This document shows, one piece after another, positions 32,211-46,150 of a stretch of 64,000 nucleotides of DNA. Position 1 is the stretch's first letter; every line of letters starts with the position of its first letter. This DNA is from the human T2T-CHM13v2.0 reference genome, Homo sapiens, in assembly GCF_009914755.1 (NCBI RefSeq), contig NC_060941.1. One strand, 5' to 3'. The notes under the pieces are model-generated. The model saw nothing but the letters and a program-made list of their open reading frames with translations. It was not told the DNA's origin and ran no database searches. The translations under genes were made by a program, and so were the position numbers.

Positions 32211-33322
32211 ATCTCCCTTTTTAGTAATACCAATAGTGTTGCCATGAACATACACGTACATATCTCCTTGAACGTGTGTAAGAGAATCTTTACACAGCTT
32301 AAAGTGGAATTGCTCCTGGGTTGTAGGTTATATTAATTTTCATCATAGCATTATAACATATATTACATATGTAATAGCCATGATGATAATCAAGAAAAGA
32401 AGTATAAGTATTTATAAGTAACACCATTTAAAAATGTATTCTTCTGAACTGTGAAAAGGGAAAAGGCTGAAGACTTATATTGTATGCTTTGATTTGTTAC
32501 CATGTACATCTATTATTTTGAGAATTTTTATGTGGTAGAATAATCATTTTTAGAAAATAACAGTTAATAAATATGTTTAAGTCAAAAATTGCAATTTACA
32601 AAGCAGTGTTATGATATTATACCATTTTTATTAATTATGTTCGTATGTGTGTATATTTATCTATACTTACAAAGACAGAATTCAAATATATACCCAAATG
32701 TTACCATGGTTATCTCTAGGTATTAGAATTAGAGGCACCATTCATTTTTGTTTCTATTTTATGCTCTTTTCATTTTTCTACTAGATTTTATTTAAAAAAT
32801 TTTATTCCAGGGAATCTTATGCCATTGATTTCAACATGCTAATAGTCAGAAGCATCATCAAATAGCAATATTTACTGAGCCCTTACTGTGTACCAAGCTG
32901 TAAGCTGGGCTTTGAGTTGGACTAGACAAGCTCTCTGCTCTGAAGGAGCTTAGTCTAGTGTCAGATACAGATACACGTGAATATGATATAATTTTTCCCT
33001 AGGGCTGTAACAGAGTCAGGGATGTATGAGGTGGTATTTTAATTTACCTTTTGTAAATTTACCAGTAGAAATTTACTAGATGGATAATGTGAGAAAGTAA
33101 TCAAATTTGGGTGCTGCTTCCAGAAGTCACAAGATATGCAAAAAGCAGGTAGCTGACTACTTAGTTTGATACACTGTGGGAAAAATTCAAATATCAAGAG
33201 AATGATCTTTCATTCTTTTGAAGCACAAAAGTCCTCTGACAATCCTATATGCAGGCTAAGTCATTTGTATAATCTCTATTGGAAAATTCTTACTTCACCA
33301 GGGATAGCATATGCACAAATTA

Positions 33323-34842
33323 CAAAAAAAGACTTTAAATTTCATATGGAACTACAAAAGAGCTCATATAGCCAAGACAATCCTAAGCAAAGAGAACAAA
33401 GCTGGAGGCATCATGCTACCTGACTTAAAACTATACTACAAGGCTGCAGTAACCAAAACAACATGGTACTGGTACCAAAACAGATATATTGACCAATGGA
33501 ACAGAACACAGACCTAAGAAATAACTCCACACATCTAAAATCATCTGATCTTTGACAAACCTGACAAAAATAAGCAATGGAGAAAGGATTCCCTATTTAA
33601 TAAATGGTGTTGGGAAAACTGCTAGTCATAGTAGAAAACTGAAACTGGACCACTTCCTTACTTCTTATACAAAAAGTAACTCAAGATGGATTAAAGACTT
33701 AAACATAAGACCTAAAACCATAAAAACCCTAGAAGAAAACCTAGGCAATATTATCATTCGGGACATAGGCATGGGCAAAGACTTCATGACTAAAACACCA
33801 AAAGCAATGGCAACAAAATTGGCAAAAGGGATCTAATTAGACCACAGAGCTCCTGCAAAGCAAAAGAAACTATCAACAGAGTGAACAGGCTACCTATAGA
33901 ATGGGAGAAAATTGTTGCAATCTATCCATCTGACAAAGGGCTAATATCCAGAATCTACAAAGAACTTAAACAAATTTACAAGAAAAAAACAAACAACCCC
34001 ATCAAAAAGTGGGTGAAGTATATGAACAGACACTTCTCAAAAGAAGATATTTATGTGGCCAACAAACATACGGAAAAAAGCTCATCATCCCTGCTCATTA
34101 GAGAAATGCAAATCAAAACCACAATGAGATACCATCTCATGCCAGTTAGAATGGCGATCATTAAAAAGTCAGGAAACAACAGATGCTGGAGAAGATGTGG
34201 AGAAATAGGAACACTTTTACACTGTTGGAGGGAGTGTAAATTAGGTCAACCATTGTGGAAGACAGTGTGGCAATTCCTCATGGATCTAGAACCAGAAATA
34301 CCATTTGACCCAGCAATCCCATTACTGAGTATATACCCTAAGGGTTATAAATTATTCTACTATAAAGATACATGCAAATGTATGTTTATTGCAGCACTAC
34401 TCACAATAGCAAAGACTTGGAACCAACCCAAATGCCCATCAATGATAGACTGGATAAAGGAAATGTGGCACATATACACCATGGAGTATTATGCAGCCAT
34501 AAAAAAGGATGAGTTCATGTCCTTTGCAGGGACATGGATGAAGCTGGAAACCATCATTCTAAGCAAACTAACACAGGAACAGAAAAGCAAACACTGCATG
34601 TTCTCACTCATTAGTGGGAGTTGAACAATGAGAACACATGGACACAAGGAGGGGAACATCACATACTGGGGCCTGTCAGGAGGTGGGGGGCTAGGGGAGG
34701 GATAGCATTAAGAGAAATACCTAATGTAGATGATGGGTTGATGGGTGCAGCAAACCACCATGGCACATGTATACCTATGTAACAAGCCTGCACATTCTGT
34801 GCCTGTATCCCAGAACTTTAAGTATAATAATAATTAAAAAAA
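33323..34842 (+). mobile_element. 5'-truncated L1PA7/8-like LINE-1
   Basis: ORF2 peptides in the ORFs at 33311-34624; 3'UTR GGGGCTAGGGGAGGGATAGCATTA...CAAACCACCATGGCAC; A tail. Confidence 0.95.
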
Positions 34843-34949
34843 CAAATTTCCTTATATGCCACGAGACTGATACATGCTCATATAGATAACTTTTCATGTT
34901 TACCAAAATAACTTTCAGTTAAGCCCTAGTCCCCTAATGTGTATTGTTT

Positions 34950-35155
34950 GTGTATTACTTTCCTATGGCTTCTGTAACAAATTACCACAAACCTGGTGGC
35001 TTAGTGCAAAAGATACTTATTTTCTCATAATTCTAGGGACCAGAAGTCTGAAATCAGTATCACTTGATTTCAACCCAAATCAAGGTGTTGGCAGGGCCAT
35101 TCTCCCTCTAAAGAATAAGCTGTTTCTTACCTCTTCCACCTTCTGGTGGCTGCTG
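34950..35155 (-). mobile_element. MLT1 LTR fragment
   Basis: TGTATTACTTTCCTATGGCTTCTGTAACAAATTACCACAAACCTGGTGGCTTA...CCAGAAGTCTGAAATC. Confidence 0.75.
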
Positions 35156-35274
35156 CTGGGGAATTATTATCAAGATTAATTAATAAGTTGATTTTATGTA
35201 GTTTATTATTCAATCTAGAAAACAAGAAATAAGGACATTGTTCCTTGTTTTTGCTTCCCCTATATACCTACTTT

Positions 35275-36216
35275 TATTTTATTTTTCAAAAACAGCGTCT
35301 CACTCTGTTGCCCAGGCTGCAGTGTGGTGGCACAATCTTGGCTTGCTGCAACCCCCACCTCCCAGGTTCCAGCGAGATTCTTATATCTCAGCCTTCCAAG
35401 TATCTTGGACTACAAGCATGCACCCCAATGCCCAGCCAATTTTTTTTATTTTTGGTAGGGATGGAGTTTCACCATGTTGGCCAGGCTCACTGCAACCTCC
35501 ACCTCCTCGGTTCAAGCAATTCTCCTGCCTCAGCCTCCCGAGTACCTGGGACTACAGGTGTGTCCACAGTTGGTTCCTTCCAGCGGGTTCTTGGTCTCAC
35601 TGACTTCAAGAATGAAGCCACAGGCCTTTGCAGTGAGTGTTACAGCTCTTAAAAGGGGCACGGACCCAAAGAGTAAGCAGCTGCAAGATTTATTGTGAAA
35701 ACCAAAAGAACAAAGCTTCCACAGCCTGGCAGGCTACCGAAGCAGTTGCTGCTACTGGCTTGGGGGTGGCCAACTTTTATTCTCTTATTTGTCCCCGCCC
35801 ACATCCTGCTGATTGGTCCATTTTACAGAGTGCTGATTGGTCCATTTTACAGAGCTCTGATTGGTCCATTTTACAGAGTGCTGATTGGTCCATTTTACAG
35901 AGAGCTGATTGGTCCACTGTACAAACCTCTAGCTAGCCACAGAAAGCAGATTGGTGCATTTTTACAGAGCACTGATTGGTCCATTTTCTAAATCTCTAGC
36001 TAGCCACAGAGCACTGATTGGTGTGTTTTGCAATCCTAGCTACAGAGTGCTGATTGGTGCATTTTACAGTCCTCTTGTAAGACAGAAAAGTTCTCCAAGT
36101 CTCCACCCGACCCAAAGGTCCAGCTGGCTTCACCTCTCACAGGTGCACGGCACCACACTGGCTTAATTTGGCCTCTCAAAGTGCTGGGATTATAGGTGTG
36201 AGCCACTATGCCAGGC
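35275..36216 (-). mobile_element. Chimeric Alu (extra right-arm segment) interrupted by LTR12
   Basis: Alu sequence at 35275-35558 and 36140-36216; TSD TATACCTACTTT at 35263-35274 and 36217-36228. Confidence 0.85.
35559..36139 (-). mobile_element. LTR12-family (ERV9) solo LTR
   Basis: TG...CA termini; the minus strand starts TGAGAGGTGAAGCCAGCTGG; GGTTCTTGGTCTCACTGACTTCAAGAATGAAGCC; tandem CTGATTGGT units; exact 4-bp TSD CAGG at 35555-35558 and 36140-36143. Confidence 0.93.
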
Positions 36217-36354
36217 TATACCTACTTTATATAACTGCTCATCTCTTTTAGGTGAAATGTGTGGCTGGAAACAATTTTGTGATCTTGCTGCATATGTAGT
36301 TCTTCTTTTTCATTTTTAATTATCTGTCCTTTTTTTTTCCAAGGTTGCCTGTAA

Positions 36355-36695
<341 letters not shown>

Positions 36696-37207
36696 TAGAT
36701 TACTTTTACCTGTTGGTTACTTTAAAGGACTCTTCATTCTACAGCTTTTCTCTTCTCTTTACTTATTTTTTAGAGACTTTAAAATTAACTTTTATAGCAA
36801 AGCAAATATTTCCATGAATTATAAAATGGATAGAAATAGTATCATCAAGTGCCTCTGTTCTATAAATTATGATCAAAGGAATCTATTTGAAGCAAATTAT
36901 ATTTTAATTGTCTCTAGTTATGTTTTTATATGCGACTGATTAAACATTTTTATTTGTAATACTAAATTTTTTCAAATCCAAATGTTATTTTTAAACTTTA
37001 TTATTACTTCTGTCTTTTCATTGGCATTGGCATATTATATTGTAACTATTTCATTTGATTTTACCATGAATACATAGTTTTTTAATTACATTCTAAAACT
37101 GATTATGTTGATATAGGAGCATACAGTTAAATTTGCTACATATGACCATTTTATTATATATCTCATGGTGTTGTTTGAGATTTGTAGTTTTGTGTATTAC
37201 TTAGCAC

Positions 37208-37561
37208 TGTAGTCAGAATGTTTCTGTCTACCCAAAATTCATATAATGAAATCTAATTCCCAATGCAATAATACTAAGAGGTAGGACCTATAGGGGCCAA
37301 TTAGATAATTAGGGTAGATCCCTCATGATGGGATTAGTGCCAGTATAAAAGTGGCTGAAGGAAACTTGCTTTGCCATCTGAGGACACATAAAAGGCACTA
37401 TCTATGAAGAACATGTTCTTGCCAGACACAGAATCTACCAGTTCTTTGATCTCGGGCCTCCCATTCCTCAGAACTGTGAGCAATAAACTTCTTCTTTTTT
37501 TTTTTTTTTTGATAAATTACCCAGTCTAAGGTACTTTGTTATAGCAACTCAGACTATGACA
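37208..37561 (+). mobile_element. MSTD/MLT1A-like MaLR LTR
   Basis: CCCAAAATTCATAT...GATGGGATTAGTGCC...CAGAACTGTGAGCAATAAAC...ATAAATTACCCAGTCT...GACA. Confidence 0.8.
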
Positions 37562-37562
37562 T

Positions 37563-37980
37563 TGTGTTAGGTTGTTTTTGCATTGCTATAAAGGAATAAT
37601 TGAGACTGGTATTTATAAAGAAAAGAGATTTAATTGGCTTACAGTTCTGCAGGCTGTATAAGCATGGCACCAACATCTGCTTGGCTTCTGGCAAGGGCCT
37701 CCGGTAGCATACAACCATAGTGAAAAGCAAAGCAGGAGCAGGCATGTCACATGGTGAGGGCAGGAACAAGAGAAAGAGAGGGGAGGTGCTACATATTTTT
37801 AAACAATCAGATCTCACATGAACTCAGAGGGAGAACTCACTTATCACCAACGGATGGCACTAAGCCACTCATGAGCTATTCATCCCCATTATCCAAACAC
37901 CTTCCACCAGGCCCCACCTCCAATAGTAAAGATTACATTTCAATATGAGATTTTGAGGGGACAAATATCCAAACATATCA
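37563..37980 (-). mobile_element. MSTA/B-like MaLR LTR
   Basis: TGTGTTAGG...GCATTGCTATAAAGGAATA...CCAGGCCCCACCTCCAA...ATCCAAACATATCA. Confidence 0.88.
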
Positions 37981-38071
37981 AACACTTAGTAACACAAATA
38001 TAAAATAGAAACTACTGCCTGTTGAAGGAAGGCATTTGTTTTTCATTGCTTTTTAGTTCCAACTAAAACTC

Positions 38072-38393
38072 TTTTTTTGCTTTTTCTTCTTTTTTTTTTT
38101 GTTTTGTTTTGTTTTGTTTTTGAGACGGAGCCTCACTCTGTCACCCAGGGTAGAGTGCATGTGGCACACTGCAACCTCCACCTCCCAGGTTCAAGCAATT
38201 CTCCTGCCTCAGCCTCCCGAGTAGCTGAGACTACAGCCACACATCGCCACACTGCCTTAATTTTTTGTATTTTTGTAGAGACGGGGTTTCACCGTGTTGC
38301 CTGGGCTGGTTTGGAACTCCTGAGCTGAGGCAATCCATCCAACTTGGCCTCCCAAAGTGCTGGGATTACAGGTGTGAGCCACCATGCCTGGCC
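38072..38393 (-). mobile_element. AluS-like SINE
   Basis: Long T-rich tail and dimer; TSD AGTTCCAACTAAAA(C/T)TCT. Confidence 0.93.
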
Positions 38394-40088
38394 CAGTTCC
38401 AACTAAAATTCTAACGTGGACTTTAAGAAGCCTAACAAATACTATTGATCACAGTATGTTACATAATAGATCTTAACTTGATTTTCATTTCAAAAAGAAA
38501 AGCCATAGAACTACTTATTTAGAGCTACAAGCGTTAGCCTAATTCCTGCATTTTAAATAAGACCTACAGGATGATTTTCATACAAATCAGTTGCTACTGC
38601 TCAATTATCTTCATTTATGTGTATCCTACCCCTTTCTACCTCCAATGTTAAGGATGTACCATTTAGAAAAAACTGCTTCATTCTTTTTTTTGAATACCTC
38701 GAACATACCTCATTTATTGTATTGTTCAAGAGATAATAGGTCTTATAAAATGACTAGCAAGCTCATATTTTGCTAAATTACCCAGATCCAATTATATTTT
38801 ATACTTTTTTAATAGTGTTAAACTTTTTAAATAATATTAAACTTATATTATCTTAATAGGCCAAAACAATAACAAGTTTTTAAAATAGTGATTTACCGCA
38901 TATTATGGAAAATAATGGGAGCTGCTTAAATTTAGCTCATGTCATATGCTAGAATCTAGTAATCATCTTATTATAGTTACAAATCAAAGTTTACCCATTT
39001 ATTTTACTTATATTGCTTAACATGAAGAACACACACAAATTATAAAAAATAACTTAAATGACTAAATAAACATTGGTAATGTAAACATTTTATCTTGTTA
39101 ATTTATTGTCTATGAATATTAAAGAAAGCATGTTGATTTTTTGTTGCATCTATATTTTTTCACTTCTAAACTTTCAGTTGCATCCAGTTTTGATTATTTA
39201 AGATCTTAAAAAATCTTGTCTTTAGTTCCCTTTTTATGTGTACATACAAGAGAAGATTATGCCATTGTAATTCAGTTAGGCTTTCCCAATCTGCTGAAGT
39301 AAATTTTTCTCATTATCTATTGCTAACTAGCTGTGATCTGCCTGTGAAAGGAATTGTTCAGCATATTCAGCATACGTGGATCAGCAAACCAATTTATAAG
39401 TTCTATTGAGTAATATTTTTTGCTTAAGCCTAATAGAACATCAGTCAAGGACCCAAACGAATGGAGATAGATTTTGGTGGACTTTGCTGTCCCTTTCTTT
39501 CCTTGTTTCTTTTTCTCTCTAAAAATTATCTTTTACATATTAAAACTGAAGGTTGTTCAAAGTTAGTTTCCAGTTTCTTCATTCTTTTATTTTTCTGGTT
39601 GAATCTTCAAATTTACATTTTCTTCAGTTTTGAAAAGCCATAGTTCACAGTGATCCAATTGTAGTGGTGTTAGATTCATTTATAAACATGCCCAACCTCA
39701 TTCGGAATAAAAACAATTTAAACTTTGGGCTCAGAGAGAAAACTGCAAGATTAACTCTTTATAACTATTTTCAGCATTTGATTGAAATTTTTGATTTTTG
39801 TCACATTTTTGGAATAAGGACAGTGTAGCCCAACCTTGTTCTATTATTTCTTTTCCTATGGCTATTTATTCATACTAATTATAGATGTTCCATGATTATA
39901 TTTATTTTAAAATATGAAGTATCTGAAGAACTCTTACAATTTCTTTTTTTTTTCTTCTGGTAGCTCTTACAAGATCCATGTGGTTATTCAAGACACAAAC
40001 AAGTATGTCCCTACAATAATTCATCTTGTCGGCTTATTTTAAGTACTTTAAAATTTGAACGTTCATGAGATAAAAAATATGAATTTCA

Positions 40089-40376
40089 TTTTTGCATCAG
40101 GGTCTCACTCTGTCACCCAGGCTAGAGGGCAATGGTGTAATCATGGCTTAGTGCAGCCTCAACTTCCTGGGTGCAAGTGATCCTCCCACCTCAGCCTCCC
40201 AAGTGGCTGGGACTGCAAGCATGTGCCAACATGCCCAGCTGATTATTTTCTGTATTTTTTATAGAGACGGGGTCTTACTATATTGCCCAGGCCGGTCTGA
40301 AACTTCTGGACTCAAGCAATACTGCCTCGGCCTCCCAAAGTGCTGGGATTGCAGGCATGAGCCACCATGTTCAGCC
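40089..40376 (-). mobile_element. AluJ-like SINE
   Basis: CAGGGTCTCACTCTGTCACCCAGG...ATCATGGCTTAGTGCAGCCTCAAC...GAGCCACCATGTTCAGCC. Confidence 0.9.
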
Positions 40377-40394
40377 CATTATTTTTTAAAGGAA

Positions 40395-40790
40395 AAAAAA
40401 CTTTATTGAGCTTTATTTATTTATATATAATTCATATATCATAAAGTTCAAAATTTTAAATTGTACAATCCAGTACTTTATAGTATATGCACAATGTTGT
40501 ATATCATTCACCACCGTTCAATTCTAGAACATTCCCTCCCCTCCCAGTCCTGGCAAACACTAGTCTACTTTCTGACTTTTTGGATTTGCATATCCTGGAC
40601 ATTTCATATCATTGGAACCATACAATATGTGGCCTTTTGTTTCTTTCCCTCATGATAATGTTTCAAAGTTCATCTGTGCAGTAGAGTATATCAGAATTCT
40701 ATTCCTTTTGATAGCCAGATAATATTCTATTATATGGATATACAGTACTGCATTTTATTTATTCATCAGGTAGTTGGAATCCATTGTTTT
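40395..40790 (-). mobile_element. L1M 3'UTR fragment
   Basis: CTTTATTGAG...CTGGACATTTCATAT...CATACAATATGTGGCCTTTTGT...TTCAAAGTTCATC. Confidence 0.75.
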
Positions 40791-41684
40791 TGAATCATTG
40801 TCAATCTTCAATGATAAAAAGTCTGAAATTATAATTTGGTACAGAGCAGTTTTTGATATATACTTTAGACATTAAAAAATGTGTGTATGTGTATGTGTGT
40901 ATGTTTTAATTTTTATATGTTTTAATCTTGCATTTCAAAACTCTAAAAAATTATTAGTTCTAAAACACTGTGATTATCCAAAGGTTTTGAATGAGAGATT
41001 ATGTATAATATCCTAAAATTAAGAAGGAAGAGGATTTGGTCATCTGTAAAGGAAAATTTTTAACATATCCTTTTTTCCTAGGTAAACATTCACTAGACCC
41101 TTTTTTTTCCCTCTCCTTGTATCTCTAAATAAAAGGCATCTCACTGACAAGAATTTTAATTCTTTATCTTTCTTCCCTCATCTGATTGGTCAGGATGCCC
41201 AGTGTGTTCTACCTTATTAATAGCTCCCATTTGTTCTTTCCTTTCTGTTCTCACCACCAGAAACTGAGTTCAACTTTATTCCATATGATAACAGAGCGAC
41301 TTACTTTACGTGTATCAGAGAACTTATCAATCTTTGTACTTGTCTCCTTCCAGCCACAAGCCAGTAAGCTCTTGGAAAGCAGGAAGTGTCATTTTGCTCT
41401 TGGCTTTCCTCCATAGTGGCTGGCAAAGAGTTTGTACTCAACTGTTGGCTGAAAAAAATGATGATGAACAAGTGGTATGAATAATATTAGCACTTAATTT
41501 TTTTCCTCTTCTTTAGTATAGTGTTTCTCAATGTTTCTTAGCAGAAAACCTCAAGATTTTCAAAAGAGGATGTTATTATTTTTGAGTTACAAAAAATTTC
41601 AGAAACTATACTGTTAAAAATTATGTTAAATTCATTTTAAATATAAACTAATATGCATAATAGACACTAAAATGTTTTCAAAAA

Positions 41685-44008
41685 ATATGGAAATCAATAA
41701 ATGTAATCCACATAAACAGAACCAATGACAAAAACCACAATTTTCTCAATAGATGCAGAAAAAATCTTCAATAGAATTCAACATCCTTTCATGTTAAAAA
41801 CTCTCAAAAAACTAGGCATTGATGGAACATATCTCAAAATAATAAGAGCTATTTATGACAAACCCACAACCAATATCATACTGAATGGGCAAAAGCTGGA
41901 AGCATTCCCTTTGAAAACCATCACAAGACAAGGATGTCCTCTCTCACCATTCCTATTCAACATAGTATTGTAAGTTCTGGCCAGGGCAATCAGGCAAGAA
42001 AAAGAAATAAACGGTATTCAAACAGGAAGAGAGGAAGTCAAATTGTCTCTGCAGACGACATGATCCTATATTTGGAAAACACCATCGTCTCAGCCTAAAA
42101 GCTCCTTAACCTGATAAGTAAATTCAACAATGTCTCAGTATACAAAATCAATGTGCAAAAATCACAAGCATTCCTTTACACCAACAATAGACAAGCAGAG
42201 AGCCAAATCATGAATAAACTTCCATTCACAATTGCTACAAAGAGAATAAAATACCTAGGAATACAGCTAACAAGGAACGTGAAGGACCTCTTCAAGGAGA
42301 ACTACAAACCACCACTCAAAGAAATAAGAGAGGAAACAAACAAATGGAAAAACATTCCATCCTCATGAACAGAAAAAAACAATATCATGAAAATGGCCAT
42401 GGTGCCCAAAAGAATTTATAGATTCAATATTATTCCCAAACTACCACGGACATTCTTCACAGAATTAGAAAAAAATACTTTAAAATTCATATGGAACCAA
42501 AAAAAGAGCCCGAATAGCCAAGACAATTCTAAGCAAAAAGAATAAAGCTGGAGGCATCATGCTACCTTACTTCAAACTATACTACAAGGCTACAGTAACC
42601 AAGACAACATGGTACTGGTACAAAAACAGACACATAGACCAATGGAGCAGAATAGAGATTTTAGAAATAAGACCATACATCTACAACCATCTGATCTTTG
42701 ACAAACCTGACCAAAACAAGCAATGGGGAAAGGACTCCCTATTTAATAAATAGTGCTGGGAAAACTAGCTAGCCATATGCAGAAAATTGAAACTGGACCC
42801 CTTCCTTACAGCTTATACAAAAATTAACTCAAGATGGATTAAAGACTTAAATTTAAAACCCAAAACTATAAAAACCCTAGAAGAAAATCTAGGCAATACC
42901 ATTCAGGACATAGGAACAGGAAAAGATTTAATGACAGAAACATCAAAAGCAATTGCAACAAAAGCAGAAATTGACAAATGGGACCTAATTAAAGTAAACA
43001 GCTTCTGCACAGCAAATGAAACTATCTCCAGAGTCAACAGAACCTACAGAATGGGAGAAAGTTTTTGCAACCTATCCATCTGACAAAGTTCTAGTATCCA
43101 GAATTTTCAGGGAACTTGAACAAATTTACAAGAAATAAACAAACAGCCTCATCAAAAAGTAGGCAAAGGACATGAACAGACACTTTTCAAAAGAAGACAT
43201 TTATGCAGCCAACAAACATGAAAAAAGCTCAACATTACTGATCATTAGAGAAATGCAAATCGAAACAACAATGACATACCATCTCATGCCAGTCAGAAAG
43301 ACGATTTTTAAAAAGTCAAGAAACAACAGATGCTCTTGAGGCTGTGAGGCTGTGGAGAAAAGGAATGCTTTTACACTGTTGGTGGAAATATAAGTTACTT
43401 CAACCATTGTGGAAGACAGTTTGGCAATTCCTCAAGGATCTGGAACAGAAATACTATTTCACCCAGCAATCCCATTACTGGATATATATTACTGGGTATA
43501 TACCCAAAGGAATATAAATCATTTTATTATAAAGATGCATGCATGTGTATGTCTATTGCAGCACTATTCACAAGCAAAGACATGGAATCAACCCAAATGC
43601 CCATCAGTGATAGACTGGAAAAAGAAAATGTGGTACATATACACCATGGAATTCTATGCAGCCATAAAAAGTAACGTCATCATGTCCTTTGCAGGCACAT
43701 GGATGAAACTGGAAGCCATCATCTTCAGCAAACTAACACAGGAACAGAAAACCAAATACTGCATTTTCTAATTCATAAGTGGGAGCTGAACAATGAGAAC
43801 ACATGGACACGGAGGAGAGCAACTCACACCAGGGCCTATCAGGGGGTGGGGGAAGGGAGAGCATCAGGATAAATAGCTAATGCATGTGGGGCTTAATACC
43901 TAGATGATGGGTTGATCAGTGCAGCAAACCACTGCACACATTTACCTATGTAACAAAAGCTGCACGTCCTGCACATGCATCCTAGAACTTAAAATAAAAT
44001 TTTTTAAA
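41685..44008 (+). mobile_element. 5'-truncated L1PA8-10-like LINE-1
   Basis: Fragmented ORF2 (SIDAEK...[17 protein letters not shown]); 3'UTR GGGAGAGCATCAGGATAAATAGCTAATGCATGTGGGGCTTAATACCTAG. Confidence 0.93.
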
Positions 44009-44491
44009 AGTTATACTCTATTATAATCCTCTGTATTATGTTTATATTTATGCTTGTTCTTATAGTTTATATATTTAATTTTCTGAGAACAAATTGATTT
44101 TACAAGGTAATGAGATCACCAAAAGTGTGAGCACAGTCCAAAGCTATAAATAGGTCCCAGCTAATAGCAAAGAGGTAAACAATCCACATGCAAATAGTCA
44201 AGAATCCATTCTATGTATTTCTTTAACCTTCTCCTTTTCTCTATACAGAGTCAGAACTTCTTGTTCTAACACAAGGACTTCATAAAAAGACATATCCAAA
44301 TAAAAATAATTAAATAAAATGTTGTTCTCTGTGTAAAGCTGCTGTCGTCTGTTTGGAGAGAGGTAAGATTTCTGTTAGAACAGGTCTGAATGAAGAACAT
44401 GAGCTACTGAGATTCTAGGAAAAATGAGTGGACCATACGAAGAAATGTCTAAAACTACAGAGTAAAGAGTAAACTACTCTTATAAAGGTAT

Positions 44492-44556
44492 TTCTCTCTT
44501 TCTCTCTCTCCATCTTTCTTTCTCTCATTTACTCTTTCCCACGTGCACGTGTGTAT

Positions 44557-44588
<32 letters not shown>

Positions 44589-44594
44589 TCACAC
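44492..44594. repeat. (CT)-rich tract followed by a (CA)n microsatellite
   Basis: Seen directly; uninterrupted CA run at about 44558-44587. Confidence 0.95.
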
Positions 44595-45646
44595 AGGAAA
44601 AACAATAACCCAGCTTCCTATTACTAAAGACAAAGGTATAAACTAATGCACATGGAGGATCTGTTACTGTGGCAACAGCAACCCCATGTGCTTTGTTTGA
44701 ACTCAACAAACAATAAAAAATCCTTGAAATTTCGCCTTCATCATCTTCATTGAAAACATTTTCTGAGCTCTGATGAATCATGAAAAGCACCATTTGATTG
44801 CTATTGGGTTACAGAGTATGGAGAAACCAATTTGTTTTTGTTCTTTCAAGGTTATGATTCAAATAGGAATGTCAAGACCAGCTGAAGAATAATGATGGGG
44901 CTGATTTATGCCGATACATCAATCACAAATTCTCAAGAAGAAGAAAATGATGGTACATAGTTTAATGCATTATAGACATAGGTATTGGCTACAGATTTAG
45001 ACAGATTTATAGATATACACACAAATGCAAATATAAGTGTGTGTGTGTATATATACATACATATATAGAGACATATATCTATATGGATACAGAGATTTCT
45101 GTTGATTTATAGAAGACATTTGAAACAATTGATCTTCACACAGCCCTCAAACAAACAAAAAATACATGAACATAGTATCCCAATAGTCCAGAATTTTAGA
45201 GATAGTAGAGGTATTTCAAAAATATTCTAGTCTCATCTTTCCCAAAGTAATAAATGTAATATTATAATATATTATTTTAGATTATATATGTGCCCTTTAT
45301 TTTAATCAGTGTTTGTTTTTATCAATATATTATATTTATGGAAAATTTATATCATTGCTACCTGTTTTATAAAGTTTGTTTTTAAACAAATCGAAGTTTA
45401 AAATGGATTGATCTGTACTATCTGTGCAAATTTTGTATAACTCTAACACTGTATCATAAATAAAGACTATTAATTTAAAATGATTTGGTTGAAAGGAAAA
45501 CATTAATTAAAGTATAGATGATCCACAGTTATGACAAACATTATAAGGCAAAACACAAATTACTGCAGGTTGGAAAACACTGATCTTGCCCAAGGTGGTC
45601 ATTTTGCAAACAAGTAGACCATGACTGAGAGAGTCGCACAGTTCTA

Positions 45647-45942
<296 letters not shown>

Positions 45943-46150
45943 AGAGTCACACACTGTTCTAGATTCATGTTCAGCCTCCAGACCTGCTGTTTCTGGTGTA
46001 GAGCTTTCTCTACCTATCATGTTGCCTTCTTTTCTCATTGAGTCAGTTCTTTGCAACTGCATCTTCTAGGGTGAATCTGTATTCTGTTCCTTATTGTTGC
46101 ACAGCATGCAGGGTTAGCTGCTTTATTTCTCCGAGAAACCTCACAGCTAT

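Noticed and set aside
33881-34624. 247-aa ORF
   Set aside because: It is the L1 ORF2 C-terminal fragment of a truncated element.
35806-36060. 24-bp periodic repeats as a CRISPR-like array
   Set aside because: The units are tandem with no unique spacers and there are no cas genes; they are the U3 repeats of LTR12.
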